Assembly: GCA_017694175.1 (NCBI GenBank)
Contig: JADINE010000026.1
Coordinates: 1 to 49,598 of the forward strand
Length of the DNA: 49,598 bases
DNA from: Candidatus Enterousia excrementavium
GTDB taxonomy: Bacteria; Pseudomonadota; Alphaproteobacteria; Rs-D84
Reading direction: 5' to 3'
The position numbers and the translations under genes were made by a program. The notes below the pieces were generated by a model. The model ran no database searches. It was not told where the DNA came from and was given only the letters and a program-made list of their open reading frames with translations. Every line of letters starts with the position of its first letter. Positions within the stretch are counted from its first letter, which is position 1. This document shows, piece after piece, positions 17,807 through 26,555 of the stretch.

Positions 17807-18601
17807 TTATTTTGTCACATAACATTCCACGGCATCGGCCTTGGCATTACGACAGAAATTATTTGCATCCGCCGCAGTGTTAAACCCAATACGCAATCTG
17901 TACGCAGTGCTTCCATTTGGTAACTGCGCAGCCAAAATCACAAACTGATGCCCACTAAACAAATTCGCATGCGAAGCGCGCAATTGCCGCTGTCCAGCCT
18001 CGGCCAAGGCACGTGTGCTGTACGAACCAATCTGGGCATACCAAGAATACGTACGCGGTGCAGTTTGTGCCCGTTGCTGCGCCTGAGTATTTGCACGCGC
18101 CGGTTTTGCAGCCGGTTTGGCCGCAGGCTTTGCCGCGGGCTTTGCTGCGGCAGCCTTGTCCGGATTAAATGTAACATCTTGTCTGTCGTCTATGACACGC
18201 ACAGGAACGCCCGGTGTAGTATTTTGCACAACCGGTTGCGGCTGTGCCACAGGTTGTGGCGCAGGCTGTGGCTGTGGTGCAGGTTTTGGCGCAGGCGCAA
18301 CATTTGCAGGTTGCGCGCCCGACTGCGGTGCCGGCACGACCAACGGCGCATCAGCATCAACACCTTCGACTGCAACGACCGGGGCATCCAAATCAATCTC
18401 CATCGACGACGAAGATTTATCACCATCTGTAACCTTAATAATCACAATCACAGCGATTATTATAACCAATACCCCCAACCCCATAAGTAACCAAGGCTTT
18501 TTGGGGCGTGGCGCCGCGAATGGTGCGGCCTCGGGCAATGCATCAGATGCATCCGCATCATCATTTAAGTCCAATAAATCTAAATTGTCGTCATTGTTCA
18601 T
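17807..18601 (-). CDS. SPOR-domain (septal peptidoglycan-binding) membrane protein
   Basis: Acidic N-terminus, one TM, a P/A/Q-rich linker and a C-terminal SPOR-like domain 'YAQIGSYSTRALAEAGQRQL..YRLRIGFNTAADANNFC'. Confidence 0.8.
   Translation of the reverse strand: MNNDDNLDLLDLNDDADASDALPEAAPFAAPRPKKPWLLMGLGVLVIIIAVIVIIKVTDGDKSSSSMEIDLDAPVVAVEGVDADAPLVVPAPQSGAQPANVAPAPKPAPQPQPAPQPVAQPQPVVQNTTPGVPVRVIDDRQDVTFNPDKAAAAKPAAKPAAKPAAKPARANTQAQQRAQTAPRTYSWYAQIGSYSTRALAEAGQRQLRASHANLFSGHQFVILAAQLPNGSTAYRLRIGFNTAADANNFCRNAKADAVECYVTK
18101..18142 (-). repeat. in-frame 12-nt tandem repeat encoding (KPAA)n
   Basis: AAGCCCGCGGCA / AAGCCTGCGGCC / AAACCGGCTGCA / AAACCG.. with synonymous differences between units. 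Confidence 0.8.
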
Positions 18602-18640
18602 CGCGTGTCCCCCATGCTTCTTTGGAACACATTATATCAT

Positions 18641-18649
18641 AAAAAACCG
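18641..18649 (-). promoter_or_regulatory. extended -10 element (TGATATAAT)
   Basis: Minus strand reads TTTTTATGATATAAT, about 40 nt upstream of the SPOR gene ATG. Confidence 0.4.
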
Positions 18650-18676
18650 TATTTTCCAAAGATTATGTAATATAAA

Positions 18677-18820
18677 TTACTGTGGCATTTGGCCGAAATT
18701 TGGTGGCACAATTAATTTATGATTTTCTTCCACGATTGGTTCTGTTTCACAATTTCCACCACACGCAGCCAACGCCAACGGCGCAACAATAATCGCCAAT
18801 AATAAAAATGCTTTTTTCAT
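18677..18820 (-). CDS. small lipoprotein (47 aa)
   Basis: Internal ATG of track ORF 18677..19048, with AAGGAAGGTG SD 4-5 nt upstream. 'MKKAFLLLAIIVAPLALAAC' is a signal peptide plus lipobox. The longer ORF would overlap the thrS 3' end. Confidence 0.55.
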   Translation of the reverse strand: MKKAFLLLAIIVAPLALAACGGNCETEPIVEENHKLIVPPNFGQMPQ

Positions 18821-18884
18821 AACACCTTCCTTTGCTAAGACAACATTATAATGGCGCGGCAAACCCGCGCCATATTTATTTACA

Positions 18885-20618
18885 TTACGCCGGCATTTTA
18901 ACTGCATCGCGCATTTGCGAAACAAATTCATCCATCGACACAGTTTCCTGTTTTTCAACCCCCAACCTGCGCAGCGTAACAGTTTTATTTTCCATTTCTT
19001 TTTCGCCGACAACTGCGATAATCGGGGTCTTCGCCAACGACAATTCACGAATTTTATAATTCACTTTTTCGTCGCGCAAATCAGCACGTGCATACACCCC
19101 CGCATCACGTAACCGGTTTGCAACTTCAACCGCATACTCGCGGAATTTTTCCGAAATCGGGGTTACAACCACAGGTTCCGGTGATAACCACAACGGCAAA
19201 TTCCCGCCCGTTGATTCCAGCAACACACCCATAAAGCGTTCAATAGAGCCCACCAGCGCACGATGCAACATAATTGGCCGATGTTTTTCACCATCTTCGC
19301 CGATATACGACAAATCAAAACGTTCCGGCAAATTCATATCCAATTGCACAGTGCCACACTGCCACGTGCGCCCAAGTGCGTCTTTAAGATAGTTATCAAT
19401 CTTAGGGCCATAAAACGCCGCATCTCCTGGTGCAATTTCATATTCAATGCCATTTGCATCCAACGCATGTTTTAACGCGCCTTCGGCCTTGTCCCAAATG
19501 TCATCCGACCCGATACGGAATTCAGATTCTTTACGCGTGGCCAATTTCATAGAAATATTATTAAAACCAAATTTCGCATAAATATCCTTAATAAAGCGCA
19601 AAATTTTCACAACTTCTGCTTCTAATTGATCTTCGGTACAGAAAATATGGGCATCGTCCTGGGTAAATTCGCGCACACGCATCAGTCCCGACAGACCACC
19701 TGCGGCTTCGTACCGACACACCTTGCCAAATTCAGCCAAATATAACGGCAAATCTTTGTACGATTTAATTCCCTGACCAAACACCAGCATTCCCCCAGGG
19801 CAAGACATAGGCTTTACACAGAAAGTTTTTCCATCCTGGGTTTTACCGGAATAATTGTGTTCACCATATTTGGCCCAATGCCCACTGCGTTCCCACAAAG
19901 ATCTGTCCATAACAGACGGCGTGGAAATTTCCTGGTAACCAGCGCGCTCCTGGCGGTGACGCAAATATTCAATTAACTTGCGATAAATTTTATATCCCTT
20001 GTCATGCCAAAAAACCGCACCCGGCGCATAATCCGGTTCAAAATGGAACAAATCCATTTCTTTACCCAATTTACGGTTATCGCGCGCAGCGGCCTCGGCC
20101 TGCATTTTCAAAAATTCGTCCAATTCTTCTTTGCTTGCAAACGCATCAACATAGATACGTTGCAGCATTTTATTTTTTGCATCGCCCTTCCAATAAGCAC
20201 CTGCAACATTGCGAATTTTGAACGCATCGCGCGGCAAATCTTTTGAACTTTCCACATGCGGCCCACGGCACAAATCAACAAAATCGCGGAAAGTATATAT
20301 CGACAGCGCCTCGCCTGCGGCATCATATTCATTCAGCCATTCCATTTTATAAGGCTGAGATGCGAATATTTCCTTGGCTTCATCCAGCGACACATTACGC
20401 TGTTCGAACCGACCGTTTGATTTGATTAAATCGCGCATTTCGCGTTCAATTTTTTCAAAATCATCTTCTGAAAATCTGTGTTCAGTATCAAAATCGTAAT
20501 AAAAACCATTTTCTATGGCCGGCCCACCTGCAAATTTAACATCAGGATACAATTTTTTTACTGCGGCGGCCAACACATGCGCCAAAGAATGGCGAATCGT
20601 TTCAATTGGATAAGACAT
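18885..20618 (-). CDS. thrS: threonine--tRNA ligase (no N-terminal TGS domain)
   Basis: Begins at the editing-domain motif 'RHSLAHVLAAAV..GFYYDF'. Class II core and anticodon-binding domain are present. AAGGAA SD. Confidence 0.95.
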   Translation of the reverse strand: MSYPIETIRHSLAHVLAAAVKKLYPDVKFAGGPAIENGFYYDFDTEHRFSEDDFEKIEREMRDLIKSNGRFEQRNVSLDEAKEIFASQPYKMEWLNEYDAAGEALSIYTFRDFVDLCRGPHVESSKDLPRDAFKIRNVAGAYWKGDAKNKMLQRIYVDAFASKEELDEFLKMQAEAAARDNRKLGKEMDLFHFEPDYAPGAVFWHDKGYKIYRKLIEYLRHRQERAGYQEISTPSVMDRSLWERSGHWAKYGEHNYSGKTQDGKTFCVKPMSCPGGMLVFGQGIKSYKDLPLYLAEFGKVCRYEAAGGLSGLMRVREFTQDDAHIFCTEDQLEAEVVKILRFIKDIYAKFGFNNISMKLATRKESEFRIGSDDIWDKAEGALKHALDANGIEYEIAPGDAAFYGPKIDNYLKDALGRTWQCGTVQLDMNLPERFDLSYIGEDGEKHRPIMLHRALVGSIERFMGVLLESTGGNLPLWLSPEPVVVTPISEKFREYAVEVANRLRDAGVYARADLRDEKVNYKIRELSLAKTPIIAVVGEKEMENKTVTLRRLGVEKQETVSMDEFVSQMRDAVKMPA

Positions 20619-20769
20619 AATAAAATTCCTTTGTCAGTTAAGTTTTTGATTAATTTTGTTTAATTATTGCATTACGCGGCAAAAACCGCAAACAGAATCT
20701 TACACCCCCGCGGGGGTTGTAGTAGTTGTTACGACAAAGAAAACACAATATTTTTTCATTACCCTTGCA

Positions 20770-20798
20770 ATAATAGTACCAATAAAAATAAATGTCAA
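20770..20798 (-). promoter_or_regulatory. sigma70 promoter upstream of thrS
   Basis: Minus strand reads TTGACA (20798-20793), a 17-nt spacer, then TATTAT (20775-20770). This implies a ~145-nt leader. Confidence 0.5.
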
Positions 20799-20803
20799 CC
20801 ACC

Positions 20804-21754
20804 CTATTTAGCGGCCAACTTATCAGTTAAACCGATATTGTCTAATGCTTCGGCCACCCCCATGGAAATAAAGTAAGCAAAACTGTCGTTATATTTATTG
20901 CCATACCTGTATTCAGGGGCATCCAAATGATGATTCGTTTTTAACTTATACGCCTCTACATCTTCTGTTGCACAAACTTTAATTTTATCAAATTGATATT
21001 TATCTTTGTATCCGTCGTGCTCAAAAAACACAATATCTATTTTTTTACCTGGGAACCTGGCACTTAATTTTTCCACAGCCGAAATAATATCTTTCTCGGG
21101 CACGATTGCATCCATGCAATCCCTCTGTTCATACAATCTGTGCGCCCAAACAATTAAAATCGTATCAGATTTTTCAATTGCTTCCAACAACCGCTTTGCA
21201 CGCCGCTTCACTGTTTCCAAAAACGTCGGCATATATAATTCCATGCTGGTATCAGATGGAAATGAATGCACAAAGCGAATATTTGTTTTTACATTCAATA
21301 CATTATGATGTCTTTCCGCACGCACCAGCCACGATTGCAAAGTATAAAAATCTTCTGGATTGGCCCAGCCATCAAAATCATTACATAAAAAATGTATTTT
21401 TTCTTTGAATCTGCTGTCGCGTTCCAATCCAGGTTCTGTCCCCCAACCTTGTGGAATTCTGCCACCAGTCCAATCCAACGGCGTGGCAAAACGCACCAAA
21501 TGATTCGCATCTAAATAATTTCGCACATGACAACTGCACCCTATGCCAAAAATCAAATCATATTTCTCGAAACGGCCTGGAATTAATTTTTGCCCATTAC
21601 ATCTGGCCAGCCATTCTTGCTTCATTTTCATATACGCGCGTTTATTGCCACGTTCCATCATTATGGCCTCTACAACCTTGTGACGAATACGCCGCACAGG
21701 AATAAATACACATACTATACTTGCAAAAAAACGTTTGATTTTTCTTTTTGACAT
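20804..21754 (-). CDS. hypothetical protein (possible DUF1796/papain-like family)
   Basis: Start moved to 'MSKRKIKRFF' to avoid overlapping the upstream gene. 'IFGIGCSCHVRNYL..RFATPLDW' recalls the G-x-x-C...PFDW pattern of DUF1796. This is from memory only. Confidence 0.5.
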   Translation of the reverse strand: MSKRKIKRFFASIVCVFIPVRRIRHKVVEAIMMERGNKRAYMKMKQEWLARCNGQKLIPGRFEKYDLIFGIGCSCHVRNYLDANHLVRFATPLDWTGGRIPQGWGTEPGLERDSRFKEKIHFLCNDFDGWANPEDFYTLQSWLVRAERHHNVLNVKTNIRFVHSFPSDTSMELYMPTFLETVKRRAKRLLEAIEKSDTILIVWAHRLYEQRDCMDAIVPEKDIISAVEKLSARFPGKKIDIVFFEHDGYKDKYQFDKIKVCATEDVEAYKLKTNHHLDAPEYRYGNKYNDSFAYFISMGVAEALDNIGLTDKLAAK

Positions 21755-21755
21755 C

Positions 21756-22505
21756 TTATACAACCGCTGGAAAATCAATTATACAGCCAAACAACACTGC
21801 AAAAAAGAAACACACACTGCCACCGATTACAAACAGATGCCAAATCGCATGTGAAAATTTCATTCGCCGCCACAGATAAAATATTACCCCCAACGTATAC
21901 GACAAACCACCCGCCAAAATAAACCACAACCCACGCGGCGGTATATTATGTAACATCTCAGGCAATATGAACAACAGCGTCCATCCCATAAGCAAATACA
22001 ACGCAACAACCCACTTCGGCTGCTGCTTTGGGTTACGAATTTTTATAATTGCGCCCAAAATCACAATGGCCCACAAAATTCCAAATACAGTCCATCCCAA
22101 TCCCCCGCGCAAATTTACCAACAAAAACGGCGTGTATGTGCCTGCAATCAATGCATATATGGCAACACTGTCCCAAACTTCAAAAAAACTTTCACCACGT
22201 CGCCCAATTGTTGCATGACACATTGTGGAACCGAAATACAGCGTTATCATGGTCGCACCAAAAATCGCACACGACACAACAGCCCACGGGTTATGCGCCA
22301 ACGCAGCAAACACAACCAACAGTGTTAATCCTGCAATTGCCAGTCCAACCCCAATACCATGCGTTAAAATATTTAAAACTTCTTCGCTGTGCGTACTGGG
22401 GCGTTCCCAACGAAACAACCCAGTTGCACGCAAAATCCGCAACAACCGATTCGCACGCGAATCAGATTTAACCTGTTTTAATTGCGCACGTTTTGCTTTT
22501 GTCAT
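21756..22505 (-). CDS. hemolysin-III/PAQR family membrane protein
   Basis: Seven TM segments. 'NILTHGIG', 'STMCHA' and 'HAIWHLFVIGGS' motifs. Confidence 0.85.
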   Translation of the reverse strand: MTKAKRAQLKQVKSDSRANRLLRILRATGLFRWERPSTHSEEVLNILTHGIGVGLAIAGLTLLVVFAALAHNPWAVVSCAIFGATMITLYFGSTMCHATIGRRGESFFEVWDSVAIYALIAGTYTPFLLVNLRGGLGWTVFGILWAIVILGAIIKIRNPKQQPKWVVALYLLMGWTLLFILPEMLHNIPPRGLWFILAGGLSYTLGVIFYLWRRMKFSHAIWHLFVIGGSVCFFFAVLFGCIIDFPAVV

Positions 22506-24079
22506 TTTAATATTTCCTTGATTCTGGCGACAACCCTGTCTGCGCCCATAACCTGCATAATCGAATACAAATCTGGGGTATTTGTGCGTCCAGTCACCGC
22601 CACGCGCAAATTCATGGCAACATCACCATTTTTAACCCCGGCGTTTCCGGCGATTTCAACAATTTTATTCCACCAAGCATCTTTATCATCGCAAATATCA
22701 AAGTTTTCCAAAAACGCACTCAATAAATCATGGTTAAATTCATATTCAGTATTCTGCGCGAACAAATCATCCCAAAAATAAGAAATTTCATCCAAAGTTT
22801 GTTTCCACGTAATAAAATCTTTGCGAATACGCTTTGGATTATCGCGTTCGATGGCCAAAATATTTTTCAAATATTCAGGATTACCACCGATTCGCGCAGC
22901 CCATTGTAAATCATATTCATTTGCCCACGCCATAACGCGCCGCGCCAATTCATCAACCGGCAAAGTCGCAATAAATTCGCGCGCCCACCATTCCAACTTT
23001 TTCATATCAAACAACGCACCCGACATAGGAATCTTTTTTGGCCGCAGCGGATATTCCCAAATATTTTTAACCTGCCCTTTGTTTTTTGTCTCTTCATACC
23101 CAGACGCCGCAATATTAAACAAATATTCTAACACAGCCTCGGTCGGCCAACCATCAGCCAGGAAAAAAGCAACATTCGCCTCGGGATCGTGCCGCTTTGA
23201 TAATTTTCGCTGTTTTCCAGTATCCACATCGATTTTATCGATGGTCGACGTATGAATATACATTGGTGGCATCCATCCCATCATACGGAATAATTGAATA
23301 TGCAACGGGAACGACGGCAACCATTCTTCGCCACGCACGACATGCGTTGTACGCATAAAGTGATCATCACACAGATGTGCAAAATGATACGTCGGCAATC
23401 CATCATTTGATTTGATTAAAACAATATCTTCGTTGTTTTCTGGGAACCCAATTGAACCACGAACGGCATCTTTACAGAAAATGCGTTGTTCTGGATTACC
23501 GGTGGAATATAAACGAATCGAAGGCACCTCGCCCGCGTCCAGACGACGAACTATTTCATCATCAGTAATATCGCGGTCGCGCGCAAATTCGCCGTAAATC
23601 CCGGTTGCAAAGCCAGCCGCTTTTTGATTTTCACGAATGCGTTCCATCTCGGCCGCAGTCAAAAAACACGGATACGCCAAACCACGCGCCAACAAATCCG
23701 CCACAACGCTGTGATAAATATCACGCCGTTGCGACTGATAATACGGCCCATATTCAGGCACATCATTATATGCCAAACCGAATCGCTGCATAGAATCCTG
23801 AATAATTTTCACAGCGTCTGCAACCTCGCGCTTGGTATCAGTATCTTCGATACGCAACATAAAAACACCACCCGTATCATACGCCAATTTGCAATCAATC
23901 AACGCCTGGTACAGCCCCCCCAGGTGCATATAGCCCGTGGGACTGGGTGCAAAACGTGTCACAAATGCACCATCTGGCAAATTGCGCGGCGGGAATTTTT
24001 CCTCTAATTCCGCCAAAGTATATTTTGGCGCTGCGCCCAACACGCGCGCAATTAAATCCGGTGATAAACCATTACGCAT
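22502..24079 (-). CDS. gltX: glutamate--tRNA ligase
   Basis: 'RFAPSPTGYMHLGG' (HIGH), 'RIEDTD', 'LPTYHFAHLCDDH' and 'KLSKRH' (KMSKS). Confidence 0.9.
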   Translation of the reverse strand: MRNGLSPDLIARVLGAAPKYTLAELEEKFPPRNLPDGAFVTRFAPSPTGYMHLGGLYQALIDCKLAYDTGGVFMLRIEDTDTKREVADAVKIIQDSMQRFGLAYNDVPEYGPYYQSQRRDIYHSVVADLLARGLAYPCFLTAAEMERIRENQKAAGFATGIYGEFARDRDITDDEIVRRLDAGEVPSIRLYSTGNPEQRIFCKDAVRGSIGFPENNEDIVLIKSNDGLPTYHFAHLCDDHFMRTTHVVRGEEWLPSFPLHIQLFRMMGWMPPMYIHTSTIDKIDVDTGKQRKLSKRHDPEANVAFFLADGWPTEAVLEYLFNIAASGYEETKNKGQVKNIWEYPLRPKKIPMSGALFDMKKLEWWAREFIATLPVDELARRVMAWANEYDLQWAARIGGNPEYLKNILAIERDNPKRIRKDFITWKQTLDEISYFWDDLFAQNTEYEFNHDLLSAFLENFDICDDKDAWWNKIVEIAGNAGVKNGDVAMNLRVAVTGRTNTPDLYSIMQVMGADRVVARIKEILK

Positions 24080-24278
24080 TTTTATTTTCCTTTTCCCATT
24101 CTGATTTTAATTTTGAATACACAGCAACATCAGTTGACTCGTCGCGCAAAATATACGCGCCGTATCAAACGTCGGCTCAACTTTTTCCAAACGAAAATCA
24201 CCACAATCTATTGTTTTTGGAAAATCAGTCATTTTATAATTCCTTGTTTTCTTAATTTTTGAATTTTATACTAAATAT

Positions 24279-24911
24279 ATGGAAAAACAAGAAATAAGAA
24301 CATTTGGTCGCCGTCACGGCAAAAAATTATCAGCCCGTCAAACGACGCTGATTAACACCGTTTTGCCAACTATTTCACCAATAAATTTGCCGGCAAATAC
24401 CGGCAAAATTCTGGAAATCGGATTTGGTGCGGGCGAACATTTGCGCGAAATTGCCCGGCAAAAGCCGGCAAAAATTATAATTGGTGCCGAACCATTTATG
24501 AATGGGGTGGCGTCCCTGCTGTCGGCAATCACAAACGAATCGAACGCGATTCGCGATGAATATAAAAACATTCGCGTATATCCGGACGATGTGCGTGATT
24601 TTCTGCGCAACACCAATTGCAAGTTCGAGCAAATCTGGATTTTGCACCCCGACCCCTGGCCCAAGGCAAAACATGAAAAACGTCGTCTGCTGCATGCGGA
24701 ATTTTTAACATTACTGGCATCACACCTGGCGCCGCACGGCGAAATCATTATCGGCACAGACCATTGGGAATATTTCGATTGGATAAAAAACGAAGTGACA
24801 AAAACCGCGCTGGATGCACATACGCCTGACTTACAGACGATTCACACACGTTATCAGAAAAAAAATATGGCAGGCACCACAACACCAAAATATTTAATTC
24901 TGCGTAATTAA
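24279..24911 (+). CDS. trmB: tRNA (guanine46-N7)-methyltransferase
   Basis: 'LEIGFGAGEHL' SAM motif and 'HPDPWPKAKHEKRRL'. Confidence 0.9.
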   Translation: MEKQEIRTFGRRHGKKLSARQTTLINTVLPTISPINLPANTGKILEIGFGAGEHLREIARQKPAKIIIGAEPFMNGVASLLSAITNESNAIRDEYKNIRVYPDDVRDFLRNTNCKFEQIWILHPDPWPKAKHEKRRLLHAEFLTLLASHLAPHGEIIIGTDHWEYFDWIKNEVTKTALDAHTPDLQTIHTRYQKKNMAGTTTPKYLILRN

Positions 24912-25573
24912 ACCGTAACAAAAAATTTAGTTTTATCGACCAATTCTGGCCGCATGGATTGTACCAATCGCATGGCCTGCTCTATGCGCACGCATTTTGC
25001 GCCCAACACAAAATATAAACTCATGTTCGTATCGCTCCACGCATCCAACGCAGCATACAGCCGCCCCACAAAATCAGATTTATCCCCGGTATCATTTGTT
25101 AAACTTAAAACCAATCCATCCGCACGTACTTTGGCAAGTGCCGAAAAAACATTTTTCCAATCAAATGGGCCAATTTCGCTGATATCCAATCCGACAAAAA
25201 AAGATTTATTAAAAAACAAATCATCCCGAATTAAATAAATTTGCGACACAAAAAAATCCAACTGATTTTGCGACAAAAACACCATCGCACCATCAGCCCC
25301 ATTTTTAAATGCCAAATTAATATCACGGCTTACCCCAGACACAGTTTCAACATCTGACTTATTCACATAAAACCGCGGAAAAATTTTTATTTTCTTGTTT
25401 TCTATCCACGGCCAAACCACCGCCACATCATCAGGCGCCACCGACATAACATCTATTTTACGTTCAATGGCAATCGATGCCATTCGCGCCAATTCAGTCG
25501 CATCCACACCGGCCGCACACCACACAGCGAACGCCGCATCAATTTGTTCAAGAATATTTTCAGACTTCATCAT
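24908..25573 (-). CDS. hypothetical protein (weak DeoC-like TIM-barrel resemblance)
   Basis: Start set at 'MMKSENIL' (AAGGG SD); the longer track ORF would run into the divergent gene. 'IDVMSVAPDDV' and 'AFKNGADGAMV' loosely resemble DeoC strands, but no catalytic Lys is evident. Confidence 0.5.
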   Translation of the reverse strand: MMKSENILEQIDAAFAVWCAAGVDATELARMASIAIERKIDVMSVAPDDVAVVWPWIENKKIKIFPRFYVNKSDVETVSGVSRDINLAFKNGADGAMVFLSQNQLDFFVSQIYLIRDDLFFNKSFFVGLDISEIGPFDWKNVFSALAKVRADGLVLSLTNDTGDKSDFVGRLYAALDAWSDTNMSLYFVLGAKCVRIEQAMRLVQSMRPELVDKTKFFVTV

Positions 25574-25598
25574 TACCCTTTTTACTTTATCATAAATA

Positions 25599-25607
25599 TG
25601 GTATAAT
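25599..25607 (+). promoter_or_regulatory. extended -10 element (TGgTATAAT)
   Basis: Ends 9 nt before the ATG at 25617 and no SD intervenes. This suggests a leaderless or near-leaderless first gene of the operon. Confidence 0.45.
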
Positions 25608-25616
25608 AAAAGCCAA

Positions 25617-26555
25617 ATGAGAATACGCCCAGATAACATTTTACTTTGCATACTATGGATGCTTGTGGTGACACTTGGGGCGTGTTTTTGGTTTAATACA
25701 ATTTTCGGTTTTAATATATTTTCTGGGGCACATTGGGAACAAATCGCCACACTGCAAGCCGCCCAAACACCTGTAAAGCCCGAATTTTATATCTCTATGT
25801 TTGTTGTGATTTTTGCGGTCATAATGGGCTTGTACCTTATTATTCGGCCGCGCATGCGCAAAATTCGCCTGCCTATTGTAAAAACGGCACCGATCCATAC
25901 ATCAACAAAATCGCCACAACAAACGCCTGTACAGCAAAATAATCCAGACGCATCAACATTGGATATTTTGCCCACGGAAATCCAACCGGCAACTTTTCAT
26001 CAGGATAAACCGGTCTCGTCCCCATCTGCGTCATCGCGCCCGCCGCGTCTAAATATACCCGTACCAAACAATTTTGCGCGCCCCCAAACACAGCAAAACA
26101 CGCCCCCGTCTGTGAAAAGCGCACCTGCAACACAAACACCGCAAATCGCACCTGAATTACGCGAAATATTCACATCTGCTGGATACACAGTAAAACCTGC
26201 CCCACGTGTAAACGGCATTCAAATTGCACTGGCTGCGATTGGCACAAATGAAGTTATGTGGATTGGCTGCGTTGGTGTAAAAACAACAGATGTTCGCAAT
26301 ATCATAAACGCGTTCGAACAAATTTTTACCGACACTCTGGAAGAAACAAGTATAGAAATAAATGGTTTTGCAATTGCTGCCCCCGATGCCGCCACATCAG
26401 AATTCCAAGATATCTTGATGTTTAACACACCTGATGAATTGCGTCAATATATTCAGCAAAACCCAAATCCACCGTTACCAGCGGACGACGACGGCATGTT
26501 CGACGCATATTCTGAATACATAGACGCGGTTATAAATCACATAGGTAAACTGTAA
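25617..26555 (+). CDS. membrane protein with P/Q/S/T-rich linker and uncharacterised C-terminal domain
   Basis: Two N-terminal hydrophobic helices, a ~110-aa low-complexity linker and a ~130-aa globular C-terminus. First gene of a tightly coupled four-gene set. Confidence 0.6.
   Translation: MRIRPDNILLCILWMLVVTLGACFWFNTIFGFNIFSGAHWEQIATLQAAQTPVKPEFYISMFVVIFAVIMGLYLIIRPRMRKIRLPIVKTAPIHTSTKSPQQTPVQQNNPDASTLDILPTEIQPATFHQDKPVSSPSASSRPPRLNIPVPNNFARPQTQQNTPPSVKSAPATQTPQIAPELREIFTSAGYTVKPAPRVNGIQIALAAIGTNEVMWIGCVGVKTTDVRNIINAFEQIFTDTLEETSIEINGFAIAAPDAATSEFQDILMFNTPDELRQYIQQNPNPPLPADDDGMFDAYSEYIDAVINHIGKL

Noticed and set aside
18117-18722. 201-aa plus-strand ORF (and 17948..18490, 18244..18432) rich in G/A/C/T codons
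   Set aside because: It is antisense to the SPOR gene's GC-rich Pro/Ala linker. The product is low-complexity with no SD or motifs. It is a classic shadow ORF. The same reasoning applies to 15873..16502, 9349..9873, 42378..42992, 5356..5895 and 38014..38217.
20619-20769. The thrS leader as a T-box or E. coli-type operator
   Set aside because: I could find no specifier loop or T-box sequence, and no anticodon-arm mimic with an NGU loop. Only generic GC hairpins are present.
21756-22505. The hemolysin-III gene as a virulence factor
   Set aside because: PAQR/YqfA-family proteins are widespread membrane proteins. Nothing in the context supports a toxin role.
24072-24232. Small minus-strand ORF (24107-24232, 41 aa, AAGGAA SD) that could continue by a -1 shift into a frame ending at 24072, overlapping the gltX start
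   Set aside because: The second frame is only ~28 K/E-rich codons in AT-rich DNA, with no ATG and no canonical slippery site. No family is recognised. It could be a remnant or chance, and evidence is too thin to annotate.
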